A DNA stretch of 64,000 nucleotides from Diplonema japonicum (taxonomy: Eukaryota; Protista; Euglenozoa: Diplonemea): the NCBI GenBank assembly GCA_964019335.1, contig OZ025654.1:310001-374000 (forward strand), in the 5' to 3' direction. Positions 33,364 to 45,000 of this stretch are shown here, piece after piece (position 1 is the first letter of the stretch; the number at the start of each line of letters is the position of its first letter). The notes beneath the pieces were generated by a model. The model saw nothing but the letters and a program-made list of their open reading frames with translations, did no database searches and was not told the origin of the DNA. The position numbers and the translations under genes are program-made.

Positions 33364-33897
33364 CTAAAGGGTGGGTGGGTATCGGGGCAGTGTTGGCTGC
33401 AACGGTGCCGGCTTATGCAAGGATCGCCTAAACGAGGCTTGCTGCTCAACAATTGTCGACGCCCTGCGTGGCGGTGCTGGTGCGGACCTCGATGTGGCGG
33501 TTGGGCGTGCAGACGGTTCCGGCCGCCGAAGCTTACGAACATGTGAGGTAAGCGAATTCCCATCCATACTGAACCCAAGGTTGCCCTGAAGCCCCAGGGA
33601 TCGTATTATAATACCACCACCGCCTCTGTGTCCTCTAGGCTTTACGTTGAAATCCTCTGAATCCTGTAGGCTCATTCGAAACGCCCGTCGCCCTGGGGCA
33701 ACGCACAGCCTGTTCATCAAAGAGCTTCCCTGGTGTACTTCAGGCTCCGAAGGGGTGTCCAGGAGGATCCTTTCTACAGCGTTCTGTGCAGCTGCCAGCT
33801 TCTTGCTGTCCAACTCATCATCCGCCTCTGCGAACACGGTGCAGAACCTGTCCGCAAAGCGTCTGAGATCTCTTTTTAAACTTGCATTCTTCCGCAT
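33364..33897 (-). CDS. Hypothetical protein (177 aa)
   Basis: GC-rich ATG ORF co-oriented with the cluster and bounded by homopolymer intergenic DNA. Confidence 0.55.
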   Translation of the reverse strand: MRKNASLKRDLRRFADRFCTVFAEADDELDSKKLAAAQNAVERILLDTPSEPEVHQGSSLMNRLCVAPGRRAFRMSLQDSEDFNVKPRGHRGGGGIIIRSLGLQGNLGFSMDGNSLTSHVRKLRRPEPSARPTATSRSAPAPPRRASTIVEQQASFRRSLHKPAPLQPTLPRYPPTL

Positions 33898-34244
33898 TCT
33901 TTCCTAGTTTCTTTCGTTTCTTTTTTTCCTTTTTCTTCTTTTCCATAAAAAAAAAAGAAAAAAACAATGCAGCATAAAAAAGAAAAAGGTGTGGGGGAGT
34001 AATTTCCGAAGTACCCAAAAAAGAAAATACAGAATTTCATTTATAACCCAAAAGAAAGTTGAAAATGCTGTCTGTTTGGCTTATTCTGCCGGGGGTTCGC
34101 TTCAGAAAAAAAGGCTCAAAGTAAAAGACAATCTCACTGAGCAACCTCCAAAAAGAAAAATACTATCAGATATTTAATGGATAGACCCCCAACCCGTTGG
34201 GTATTAAGTGAATTTCAAAACCTTTTTGGGTCCGAAAGAAAATA

Positions 34245-34299
34245 AAAAAAAAGAGTTGGTTGACTGTATCGTGCACACAAGCAAACCTCTACTTCTTTT
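34245..34299 (+). mobile_element. Degenerate AGAGT...ACTCT-family copy
   Basis: AAAAGAGTTGGTTGA..GTGCACA..CCTCTACTTCTTTT. Confidence 0.45.
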
Positions 34300-34427
34300 C
34301 TTTAAAAAGAAGAAGGAAAAAAAAAAGAGAGAGAGAAACAAAAAAGAAGCAAGCACATTCGTTCTCCTTCTCTCCCTGGAAAGGGAAATAATTAAAGTAC
34401 AAAAAGAAAAAGGGAGTTCGATTATGG

Positions 34428-35171
34428 TTAGTTACCTTCTCTGTTTTCTAGAACTAAACGGCTAGTCGAAAGCCTGGTCTTGCTCTTCCTGTTCTGGAGA
34501 AGGTATTCCTCAATGAGCTGCAAGGCCTGAACGGAGCTCTCCGCCTCCGCCCCAAAACCCTTTCGCGCAATGTAAATCGACACAGCGATGCTAGACGGTG
34601 TCGCACCGTGCACGTTAGGAATGCTTGGGTCAGCATCATGAGCAAGGAGCAAGGTCACAAGGCAAATCGAAGCAGAGCTGACTGCTATATGGAGGGGGGT
34701 TGTGTGGGTAGTGACATGCAAAGGGCTGGGGAAGCAGGGTGCCTCGAGGAGCAGTTCTGTGGTGTGAGAGTTCCCACTTTTCACAGCAGCATGTAGAGCA
34801 GAGCCGCACTTCCCGTTGAAATTGATGTCGCACCTCATGCCGATGAGCTTCATCATAGTGCCATAGTGCCCGCTGCTTGAAGCGACGATCAGTGGTGTCG
34901 CCCCGTGGCTGTCTATCATGCTTGCGTGCTGGCTCAGTGCCTCCACGGCCATGTCGTCCCCTACCCGGCACGCCCTCATCATCATTTCCTCTTCTATTTT
35001 CTTCTCCCCCCTCACAGCTGTATACAACTGCTGTCGGGTGCTCTCGCCGCCGCCTCTCAGTAGTACCCACGTTGCTTCCTTCAGCTCCCTGTGCATCCGG
35101 TCCTCTTCGTTCTCGGACTCCGGTGTCGACGGTCGTGAATGACCTGCCCCATCCATAGCGTCCTCCTCCAT
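34428..35171 (-). CDS. Ankyrin-repeat protein
   Basis: GATPLIVA..GH, SALHAA..G, TPLHIA...LLLAHDADP..N..GATP; start MEEDA follows TTTTACAG. Confidence 0.85.
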   Translation of the reverse strand: MEEDAMDGAGHSRPSTPESENEEDRMHRELKEATWVLLRGGGESTRQQLYTAVRGEKKIEEEMMMRACRVGDDMAVEALSQHASMIDSHGATPLIVASSSGHYGTMMKLIGMRCDINFNGKCGSALHAAVKSGNSHTTELLLEAPCFPSPLHVTTHTTPLHIAVSSASICLVTLLLAHDADPSIPNVHGATPSSIAVSIYIARKGFGAEAESSVQALQLIEEYLLQNRKSKTRLSTSRLVLENREGN

Positions 35172-35218
35172 TTCTTGCTCTGTAAAAGGGGGGGGTAGGT
35201 GGTGGGGGGAAAATAAAA

Positions 35219-35267
35219 GTTGTCTCAATTTTAGTGTGCCATGCAGTATGTGTCTAACTGGAGCCAC
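35219..35267. repeat. Short dispersed repeat, copy 1 of 2 (other at 36931-36978)
   Basis: GTTGTCTC(A/G)ATTTTAGTG(G)TGCCATGCAGTATGTG shared. Confidence 0.7.
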
Positions 35268-35573
35268 GCAGGGTGGGCTCTCCACCCCGTCCAGGTTTCG
35301 GTTGTTTGACTGGTTGGTGCGTAAAAAGAAACCGACAAAGCTTCAGTGTGCAGGGGAATGCTCGCTGAAAAAAAGCTTCTTGCAAGCACGTGTCACAGAT
35401 GAAGGCTATAAAAAAAGAAATCCTGTAAAGTGAAAAATGTCAGGCCTGACAAACTCCAGGACGCCAAAAATAGTCATTTTCCTAAGGTTTTGTACTTTTC
35501 TATAAAAAAAAAAAAACGGACAATGTGTATTTACATCTTTTTGTTTCTCCTTCACTTCTTCAATTTCTTTTTT

Positions 35574-36185
35574 TCACAGCCGAACAGGGTTCACTGCGTA
35601 CTTCGGGAGGTCAGGATCGCAGGTCACAGCTTGTGAGCGGGACCACCCCGGGGCGAACGGGTGACAGTCGCATTTCTTTGCAGGGTTTAAATCGGTGAAG
35701 ATTTGCGACGTGCGCGGCATCCTGGGCGCCCGTGAAAACTGGTGTTCCAGTTTTGTGAAGGAGTCGCTGCGGGTGTAGGAGCAAGGATCGGGTGACTCTA
35801 CACTGAGCCGAGTCGACGCAAGATCAGTAAGAGACAGGTCACCCCCCGTGAAGTACATTACAGCCTTTCGTTTTGCTCTGCTAAAGGCACCGCTCAATGG
35901 GCGGGCCTTGCACTCCCTCATGTAGCTTACAGGCATCCATGACTCCTTAGCTTCTGGGAGCACTGCTTTTCCAAAACGACACGCTGCGATATGGCTCCTT
36001 GTGGTGACCTTGTACCCCCTTTCGACGTCGTAGCCACCAGGGCCAAGAACAGATTCCGCCCTAGGGACATGCCCGCAACCTACTTCACCTCCAACTGCAA
36101 AAGGAACCCCTCGCCTGTCTCTGCACCAGCATCCTTTGCCACAGGTGCATCTCCTTCCCGGTGCTGTGCTCGGGCGCCTTTTCAT
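35574..36185 (-). CDS. SHIPPO/ODF3-like repeat protein (possible flagellar protein)
   Basis: GPGGYD, SPDPCSY, FSRAKR and FSRAPR motifs; start MKRRPSTAP. Confidence 0.55.
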   Translation of the reverse strand: MKRRPSTAPGRRCTCGKGCWCRDRRGVPFAVGGEVGCGHVPRAESVLGPGGYDVERGYKVTTRSHIAACRFGKAVLPEAKESWMPVSYMRECKARPLSGAFSRAKRKAVMYFTGGDLSLTDLASTRLSVESPDPCSYTRSDSFTKLEHQFSRAPRMPRTSQIFTDLNPAKKCDCHPFAPGWSRSQAVTCDPDLPKYAVNPVRL

Positions 36186-36803
36186 TTTATTCTCCTTGTA
36201 AAAAAAAAAAATAATAATATGGGGAAAGAAGGGGGGGGGATATAGTAGGGAAGAAGAAGAAGAAGAAAAAAGAATCTTTTTATACATACCTTGCAACCCT
36301 AAAAATCCTTTAAAGATTTCAGGTTTATCACTTTTTTTTTTAAATAGCAGAGAACTCAAGTTGCAAGTATGTTTATAAATACAAAAAAAAAAAAAAGCCT
36401 TGGTCTTATGCGAACCTGGGGGGACTTGTTTGTGGGTTAACCTGTAGAAGGATAAACTTTTCTTCTTTTGCTGCAAATTTGAAACAAAGTGAGCTTTCTG
36501 CGAAGGTAAATGGGGTGTGAGAAAGATCATTTGTTTGTGTACGAGCGGTATTTTACCCAACTCAGTTGAAACAACAACAAAAAAAAAAACATCTCGGGCT
36601 ATATGCACAAAAAAAAAAAAAAAAGAAAAGAAAGAAATGAAAAAAAGAATCTCACGTACCATGGGTTACTACTGTAGAACTATAGCGGAAACGGGGAACC
36701 AGATCGTGTTAGGCCCCTAGGCTCGAAAAAAGGTTGTCAGACGGGATCCTTGACACAGCAAAAGGTTGGTAGAAAATGCAGGAAAAAGAAAAAAAGAAAA
36801 GAA

Positions 36804-36835
36804 ATATATGAGTTAAAGGAAGTCTTTGCGAGACG
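36804..36835 (-). repeat. 3'-terminal remnant of retrotransposon family 1
   Basis: TATATGAGTTAAAGGAAGTCTTTGCGAGACG, one mismatch to 42055-42085. Confidence 0.8.
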
Positions 36836-37285
36836 AAAACGAAACTTTAAAAAAGAAAAAGAGAAGAAATTGCGGCTTGTAAAAGCACGTGCCTCGCTAA
36901 CATGATAAAAAAGAAATAATATAAAAAAAAGTTGTCTCGATTTTAGTGGTGCCATGCAGTATGTGACACAGCGGCCACCCTTGTGAAACTTCGCCCCGAA
37001 GCCTCCCAAGTCCCCTGTGGTCCCGAAGAAAGTAAAAGTGGAGAGGTAAAGAAAGCTTGGAAATTGAAATAGGGAGAGGGGCCACAGAAGCAATTAAAAA
37101 AAAAAAGGATGTACCTTGTTTTCACTATTCTCCCAGGTTTCTCATACTCCACCCCGTTCTTGTTTTTTTTTTTTTTTCTTTCTTGTCTGCACGGATTTTC
37201 AACTTTAAACCGTGGTATTGTGCTGGGGGATCTGACAGTTTTAATGGAAAGAACACAGTGGATTCGGTGGATCATATGGGGGGGT

Positions 37286-37615
37286 TTACAGCGGCCCAGG
37301 GAGATTCACCTGGTTATGAATAACCTCTAAGAAAGTAAAGAAAACCATGACCACAGTTAAGCAAGCCAGTAGTGCCCACAAGCGGTGGATCACCTTTCGC
37401 GATCTAGGTGATACTGGTGAGGGCCCCACGTGAAGAACAGCAGGAAGGGGCTCTTCTTCAATGACAACTACCTGCTCCCGTGCGGCATCGTGTTCATGCG
37501 CAAGCATCGGCATGGAAGAAGAGCTCACATTGCTCATCCCTGATGCGCAGTCCAGATTGTCCAACGAGCTCTTTGCCCAAGGCGTCATTTCTATGGTGAG
37601 TAGGCATTTACTCAT
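37286..37615 (-). CDS. Small hypothetical tail-anchored membrane protein
   Basis: ATG ORF with a C-terminal TM helix LWALLACLTVVMVFFTFL; 3' end uncertain. Confidence 0.55.
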   Translation of the reverse strand: MSKCLLTIEMTPWAKSSLDNLDCASGMSNVSSSSMPMLAHEHDAAREQVVVIEEEPLPAVLHVGPSPVSPRSRKVIHRLWALLACLTVVMVFFTFLEVIHNQVNLPGPL

Positions 37616-38348
37616 TTTTTCTCCCCCTTTTCTCTGTTTTTTCTTTGTGGTGTGAAGAGGAAAGACAGGATTTAATAAAAAAAAAAGGGTTAGGATGGTT
37701 TAAGGGGGGGAGGGGTAAAAAAAAGGAGCATATAAAAAAAAAAGAGAAAAAAAAAAGGGGGCCTATTCTTTTTAACTTTTAATTTCTCGTTCGCCTTTCA
37801 AATTCAAAGTAATAAATAAAAAAAAATATTTATAAAAAAAAAAATAACAGAATATTAGTACGTTTTTCTTTTCTTTTTTTTTTTCTTCCCTTTCTTTTTT
37901 TTTTTGCTAACTTTTAGAAACCGCGTAAAAAAAAAAAAAAAAAAAAAAAATAGCAATATTAACCATTAAAGGACCGTGAGGACATATGTGTCTTTTAAGA
38001 AAAATTCCCCAACAACCCCTGGACTTTACTAAGGCACATTGTGGTTTATCTGAAATACCCTTTTGCGCGAAGAACAAACACAAAAACCCGTCCCCGAGGG
38101 GGTTGCTTGATGTGTACTTTTGTGCATAGTATTGAGAGCGAGCTTTCTTCAGGACCTTCGAAGGAAGTGATTTCTAGTTGCTTCTTCCAACTCCAGCGCC
38201 ACAGTACTGTCCTTGTCCTTTAATGGTTAAAAAATAAAAAAAAATTAATCTTTTTCCTTTTTTTCCACCGTATGTTCAGCTATTCTTTTTCCCATTCTGA
38301 AAATAAGTTGCTGAACTAGACCGACCCTTCTTTTTTGTATTGTAGCCC

Positions 38349-38410
38349 AGCCGGGGTTAACCTGTAGAAGGATAAGCCCAACAATGCTACCACTACTCTT
38401 TTTTTTAGCA
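38349..38410 (+). mobile_element. AGAGT...ACTCT-family copy lacking the left end
   Basis: AGCCGGGGTTAACCTGTAGAAGGATAAGCCCAACAATGCTACCACTACTCTT near-identical to 18733-18785; shorter fragment also at about 36434-36455. Confidence 0.7.
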
Positions 38411-38862
38411 ATAAATCACATATTTTCTCGTGCAAAGCAAACAAAAGAAAAAGCAGGTACATGGACATTGCAAGCAGAGCTGAGAAGCGCTCTACTCTCA
38501 AACGGCATCAGAAAAAAACGTAAAAAGAAAAATAATAAAGTAAACAAATAAGAAATAACAAAAAATGAAAAGTCTAAGCCGGATTATTTTCCCCCTTTTT
38601 TCATTTTTTTTTTCCCTCTCAAGAGTACTGGAGAAAAAAAAAAATAGAAAAAAAAGATTTGTACACAATGTTCTTCAACCCACAGTTGGGATGAACGGAC
38701 GGAGCTGTGTACTCCTTTTTTTTTTTTGCAAAAAAAAAATAACGATTATTTTTTCAAAGTTGAAAAGAAGAAGATAACAGAGAACTAAAAGGAGGAAAAA
38801 ACCCGGGCTTTTTTTTTTTTTTTAAAAATAATTCTCGTCTTCCTTTTTCTTCTTTCTACTAT

Positions 38863-39291
38863 CTAACTTTCAAGATACATGGCACATGAGGTCTGCTCTA
38901 GAGCAGGAGACCCAGGTGCTTCGGGCTGAAAGAGATCAGCATCCTCGAGCAGCGGTGCCTCGACCTCAGGCTTCATTGGGGGGGATGGACCGACATCCGA
39001 CAGCTCTGTCAGCAAGCGAAGCTTTGGCTGTTTGCACCGTGGAGTAGTTACGGTTGTTGTTACTGCTGTCCACTTGCTAGCCAGTGCAGGAGGGGGTTGC
39101 GGGCTGGCCCACCGTTTTTTCACTTCCTGAGATGACGAAGCTGAAAACTCCCCTGAGGAGTTGCTCATGAAAGATCTCGGTGTACTGGAACGAGAGGAAC
39201 TCTTCGTCTTCCCCTTCTTCACTTTCACCTGAAGGGGCGTCTGTTGTGAGATCTTCTCCACCGGGGCTGCCCATCGCTGCCTGTTTACCAT
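38863..39291 (-). CDS. Hypothetical Ser/Pro-rich protein
   Basis: GC-rich ORF from MVNRQRWAAP with repeated (R/K)W(A/T) motifs. Confidence 0.55.
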   Translation of the reverse strand: MVNRQRWAAPVEKISQQTPLQVKVKKGKTKSSSRSSTPRSFMSNSSGEFSASSSQEVKKRWASPQPPPALASKWTAVTTTVTTPRCKQPKLRLLTELSDVGPSPPMKPEVEAPLLEDADLFQPEAPGSPALEQTSCAMYLES

Positions 39292-39472
39292 ATTTTTTCC
39301 CTCTCCCCGTTTATCTTCCCCCCCCCCCCTCCCCCTCACCTTCTATTTTCATTTCTTTTTTTTGAGAATTATATAAAAAAAGAAGAAGAAAAAAAAAAAA
39401 ACGTAACAATGACTTTTCTTTTTTCGTTTTGTTTTACGGACACTTCCCACTTTTTTTTTTCTTTTAATTTGT

Positions 39473-41017
39473 TCACCATCCTGAGAAATCCCATTTCTTC
39501 GCTTTCTTCTTCGGGGGCATGAACGATGCCTCCGCCGGTTCCTGTTGGGGTGCAGGAGCCTCCTTGCTGTCCATGTATTTTCCGACCTCATTTGACTCGG
39601 AGTTGGCAAGGGTCGGCTGTGGCGCGGAGAACCAAGGGCGTACCTCCGACGCGGCCTTCCTCTCCTTACTCTCTAACTCGCGCAAGGCTGCCTGCTTGGA
39701 ACCATCGTGAGAGTCGTGCACACGTGCTTCAGCAGAGGTGAAGGGGTTTCTGTACACATCCACGCTTAGTATCTTGATGTCCGACTTGTCATCAGCGTCT
39801 GTAGGAGCGGTATTGATTCTGTCCAGAACGGCAAGAGACCCCATCACCTGCCCGAAAACGCTGTGCTTCCTGTCAAGGTGTGCCACTGCACCGGGTGCCG
39901 TTGTTATAAAGAACTGGGATCCGTTTGAATCAGGGCCTGAGTTGGCCATGCTGAGGGTTCCTTTTCTGTTGTGTTTCAAAGTCGGGTGGAACTCGTCGGG
40001 AAAAGGCTTTCCCCAGTATGACGAACCCCCGCAACCGGTAGCAGTTGGGTCCCCTGTTTGCGCCATGAAGTCTTTGATAACACGGTGGAAGGTAACGTTG
40101 CTGTAGTAACCCTGCTCGGCGAGCTTCACAAAGTTGTAGCAAGTCCTCGGAACGAGGCTGGAGTGCAGCTTCACATCAATGTCCCCGACTGTCGTTTGTA
40201 TTCTTGCAAGTGTCTCCGCGCCAGCTTCCTTGACACAATTGAATATTTCGTTATCAATGTCCTTTTTCGACGACTTCTTTTCATCTTTTGAGTACGGCAC
40301 GGCGGCAGAGCAGGTGAGCCCTGCAGAGGCAAATTTAACACCGTCAGGGTGAGATGTAAGAGGTTTTGTGAAGATTCCATCCACAAAGGCAGGCGTGGAA
40401 TCCTCTGTTGGTGTGGAATCGTCGGTATCCTTGCTGGCTTTTTTGACGGTTTTTTTGGTTTTTTTTTTCGAGTCGGTGGTGGAGGTTACATGGTGGAACG
40501 TTGCGGTGTTTCTGTCTTCAATCATTTTGCTCGGATCTTGGATAGTGATGATGTCCGATTTCTTGAATGGTGTCCCCTCCACCAGGTCACACCAGTTCTT
40601 TGCTTTCACGTTCATTTCATTCACAGCATCATGTGAGTAAACCCGGCCCGTCGTCCTAATCGCCACTACACGGGAGTGCTCTGTCAGCACCTTAGAGGTC
40701 ACAGGGCATATGGTTTCGTTTTTGTCGCTCTTTGTAATCTTCATTTTGTAAACATCGTCAAGTCCCATTGGTTCTCCGGTCGCGGGGTTCTTTTTGTTCT
40801 TCTGTAGATATTTCACTAGCGCTTCCTTCTCGTAGCACCTTCCGTCCTGCGTGAACACGGGGTCCTCCATGGGCAGGAATGTCAGGCAGCAGTACGTGAA
40901 AGGGAGTAGGACATATCTCGGGCCCTCGCCTTGCTTCTCCTTCATGCCTCCCATTCCATCACTGTACTCCGATGTTTTTATGTACAACCTGTCTTTGTTT
41001 CGGCCTCGCTTACCCAT
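39473..41017 (-). CDS. PPIL2: U-box/RING-like cyclophilin (cyclophilin-60/PPIL2)
   Basis: MGK...DRLYI start, LPF..CCLT U-box, ICPVT, IITIQDP; cyclophilin FHRVI..FMAQTGDP, LSMANSG..SNGSQFFIT, HLDRKHSVFG; C-terminal DFSGW. Confidence 0.92.
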   Translation of the reverse strand: MGKRGRNKDRLYIKTSEYSDGMGGMKEKQGEGPRYVLLPFTYCCLTFLPMEDPVFTQDGRCYEKEALVKYLQKNKKNPATGEPMGLDDVYKMKITKSDKNETICPVTSKVLTEHSRVVAIRTTGRVYSHDAVNEMNVKAKNWCDLVEGTPFKKSDIITIQDPSKMIEDRNTATFHHVTSTTDSKKKTKKTVKKASKDTDDSTPTEDSTPAFVDGIFTKPLTSHPDGVKFASAGLTCSAAVPYSKDEKKSSKKDIDNEIFNCVKEAGAETLARIQTTVGDIDVKLHSSLVPRTCYNFVKLAEQGYYSNVTFHRVIKDFMAQTGDPTATGCGGSSYWGKPFPDEFHPTLKHNRKGTLSMANSGPDSNGSQFFITTAPGAVAHLDRKHSVFGQVMGSLAVLDRINTAPTDADDKSDIKILSVDVYRNPFTSAEARVHDSHDGSKQAALRELESKERKAASEVRPWFSAPQPTLANSESNEVGKYMDSKEAPAPQQEPAEASFMPPKKKAKKWDFSGW

Positions 41018-42054
41018 TTTCTTATTTTTATTTTTTGTCCTCCCGTGGGTTTTTTGGCTGTTTTTTTTTTTTTTTTTGGCATTGTTTTAATAAAGGTAGG
41101 AAGGGAGACTGTCGAAGAAAAATAATAAATAAATAAAAAAAAAATGCGCTTTTTTTTTCTTCCCCCTTTCTTCCAGCGAGTTTTTTTTTTTTTTTTTTTT
41201 AAAGCTTGCCCCCCGTTTTACTGCCAATTGAAGCATATATCAGGAAGATTGCGGCGTAAAAAAAAAAAAAATATCCGAACCCACGCTTAAACCCGAAACC
41301 CATTAACGGGAGTGGGAAGAAGAAAAAGAAAAGAAGAAAGAAAATCGAAGAAAAAAAAAATAAAACAGAAAAAAATGGGGAGAAGGAACTGAGGAAATTC
41401 CACCGTGTTGCATTCTGAAAGAATAAAAAAAAGCGGGGTAAAGAAAAGAAGGAAAGACAAATAGAAAATAATGACAAGAAAAAAAAAGAGGGGGTGGAAA
41501 GAGAGAAGGTTTTTTTTATCGAAAAAAAAAATAGAAGGGGAGAAGAAGAAAAAAAAAAGGGGGTGGGAAGACTGAAATAACTACCTTTACATTTTGTGTA
41601 GTTAGAGAATACAGAGTTCTTCCCCACCCCCACGGGAAAGAAGTTATAAACTGCAGTCATCGAGTGACACACAAAAAAAAAAGAGCCAGTGAACAAAAAA
41701 CGGGTTAAAACTGAGTCTATACCTGCGGCCACACTGTGACTCATGACAACTGCAGTGTTTTGTTAAAGTAAAAAGAATGATTTTTTTTTTTTGATAACCA
41801 CAATTAAAAAAAGAATATATTTTCAAAAAAGAAAACAGAGAAAGAAAAAGAAGAGAAAATAAAGCGAATGGGAGAACAGGGAAGGTTTACTTGAAAAAGA
41901 AATGACGGAAAAATGAAGCGTTTTTTCTCGCTTCTCCCCCTCCCCCTCCCCTCCTCGGACAAATGACACGAACTCATAGGTAGCGCAAAAATCTTTTATT
42001 TCATTTTTTTTTCCTCTTTGCTTTTTTCCCCTTATTTGCCAAAAAAAAAAAAAA

Positions 42055-45000
42055 TATATGAGTTAAAGGAAGTCTTTGTGAGACGCCCCCTTGTTCTCAT
42101 GCTCTACCTGCACCTATCCCCCTTCAGCAGCGGTTTCTCCTTCTTCGGTAGTCGTGCCGGCCTCCTCCCCAGCTTGGCTACTTTTTCCCTTCTTTCCTTT
42201 GCCCATTGCTTCCCCAGCTCCTCCAGGTCGTACTTGGTTCGTTGATGCAAAGATTGCTCTTCTACTCCACCCGATCACCGCCTTCGTCCCTCCGATTGAT
42301 CGCAGCGTATGTACTCTCTTGCATGGTTCAGCAGGGAAGGCCCTCCTTCCTTTCACCTTCTTCTGCAGTCTCCCTAGTTCCCATGTGTTCCACACCTTCT
42401 TCATCACCGTGTGCAGTCTCCTGGCCTCTGTCGCACCTCTGCCAACTCCCCTAGCTTCCCTCCAAGGGATTTCTGGGTCACGTTTTCGAAATCCAGCGCC
42501 AGCTCCACCGTCGACACTGCCGTGCTTCTGTTCCCTCCATACCAGCGCAGCTGCTTGAGCCATTTCAGCACCGGTTTCGTGTACTCCTTCAGGGTGTTGC
42601 CGGTCTGCAGCCTCGCGAACTCCTCCTCTGTTGGTGCTGGGTGTGCCTCCCCCTCCGTGATCTCCAGCCATTGGTGTGTCCGGTAGATCTGCTGCCTCTT
42701 TGCCTGCAAGGCTGCGTCGCGTTCCCCCACCACAGCCAGCAGGTAACGCTGGGTCTTCTCGAGCCTGTCCTTGTCCTCCTTGGCCGCTTCCCTCGGGAGG
42801 ATGCCATGGAGCCTCATGCACGGTTCTAGGCCTGTTCGTGTCGTGCCTGCATGTGCCTCCCGTTGCCCTACTTCGACAGCCAGTTCGCACTCCCACAGTG
42901 CATGCTCCAGGATGTTGGATACCTGTTGCATCTGACCGCATACGTCGCAGCGTGCCGTTGCGGGTTCGTCCTGCTGCCTCTGCTCCGCCAGCAGCATGCG
43001 CTCCAGCTCCGCGACTTCCCCTTCTCCTCCCGCCTCTCTTTCTTCTTCGTCTTCTGAGTCGTCTCGGGAATCTTCTTCGTCCACCTCCTCCTCCGTCGGT
43101 GGGATGTGTGCCACTGCGTCCGTCCGCCATCCCCGTGGGTGGATGTAGAAAACCGCGCCTGTGATCACCCTGCGTAGGTTCCTTGCTGCGATGGGGTCCG
43201 ACGACGCCAGCTTCCCCCATAGCTCGTTTGTCTCGACAGCGGCTGCCGTCGCCATTCCTTTCATGGTGCTCCGTTTTCCCATGATGGCCTCCGCTTCACC
43301 ACGCCTGAGCTTGTCTCTGATGTAGTGTCGGAACCGCTCCTTCTCCATGGCCATGGTGTCCTTCAGCTGGTCCCAGGTTGCTTGCACCATGGGTAGCCAC
43401 CTCTGCTTCAGGTTTCCCACCAGGCCCAGCGCCTTCTTCCCTTCCCGGTACAGCTTTGCGATTTCGTTGCAGCGTGCCCACAGTTGGTCGTCCTTCCTGC
43501 ATGCCCTGTACATGAGCATCAGTGCTTTGTAGGCTGCTGTCATCTTCGGGTGGTGCGTGTGCCCTGGTAGTGTCACGGAGAGTACTGCGCCGGGGCTCCG
43601 CGTGCGATACCTCTGGCCCCACAGCGTGTACGTCGTCTCCATCACCAGGAGTTCCATCATCCCCGTCCTTGGCGGTGAGAAGGGGGCGTCGTACAGGCAG
43701 CTTGGCAGCAGTGTGGAGCTGATGATCCGCGCCTTCTGCTGGAAGGACAGCGGGGTCGCCCCCAGCCTGCTCAACGTCTTCATCGCTTCCTTGGCCCTGT
43801 CGTTGTTGTATTGCTGCTGGCCGTCCGTCCGCAGCTTGGCTCCCAGCACCTCCACTGTCCGCACTACTTCACCGTCCACCTTCACTTCCGGTGCCTTGGC
43901 GCCTGTCGTAAAGGTTTTGGTTTTCTTTACGTTTAGCTTCATGCCAACCATTTTGCAGAAGTCCTCCACCGCCTCCACCCCCTTCTGCAGTGCTGCCGCG
44001 AGTTGTGCCAGAAGGTACGCGTCGTCAGCGTACGACAACGAGCGGACCCCCGTGCCGTCCTCCACCTGTTTCATCAGCACTGCGATGAGTACCACAGATA
44101 TGGGGCACCCTTGTAGGATTCCATTTGTCGTGTGGAACTCCTCTCCAACGCCCGTGGCGTACCTGAAACGTCTCCCCTTCAGCGCCCTTAGAATGCCCGT
44201 CTCCATGCCCATGTCCTCCACCAGCTCCATCACTAGTTGCTGCGGTACGCTGTCGAAACACTTCGCAAAGTCAAGTGCCACCCCGACCAGCGGTTTCCCT
44301 TCGAGTAGAGATTCCTCGATGTCCAGGGCGAGGTCCATTAGCGCGTCCTCTGTCCCGAAGCCTGTGCGGAATCCGTACTGCTTGTCGTGTACCCACTTCT
44401 CCTGCCAGAGAAGGATGTCTGCCAGTCGCGTGCATGCCCAAAGTCTGTACACCGCTGATGTCACCGTGATGGGTCTGTGCTCCAGCGGTCCCGCGTCGTC
44501 GCATTTTGGTACGAGTGTGACCAGCGCCGTCTTCACGGCCTCTGGCCATCTCCCGGTTGCTTCGATCGCTTGGAAGAACTGAGCCCAGGCGTCCAACACC
44601 GACTCTGGTAGTTTGCGTAGCTCCAGCATCCTCCACCCGTCGATGCCTGCTGCGCTTCTCTTGCTCTTCCTTGCGAGTACCTCTCTCAGCCTCGCTCCCG
44701 TGAGCTGCGTCTTCGTCATCTCATGCCGTTGTATAAACTTGCCATACTTTGCCTTGAAGGGGGCGAAGGGGGGCTTGTTTTCGTACTTCGAGAAGACGCT
44801 CTTCCAGGCTTTGCGCATGACTGCGTCGATCTTCGCAGGGTCTGCCACTAGTAACTTCCCATCCTTGACTGCCCTGGTCCCATCGCTCTGGCGTTTTCCT
44901 CTTGCTACTGTCACCAGCTTGGCCGTTTCTCTTCCCGATGCCACCTCAGCCAGGTATTCCCGTCTTCGCGTCGTGTTCGACTCGGTCCTCTTCCGTTCTT

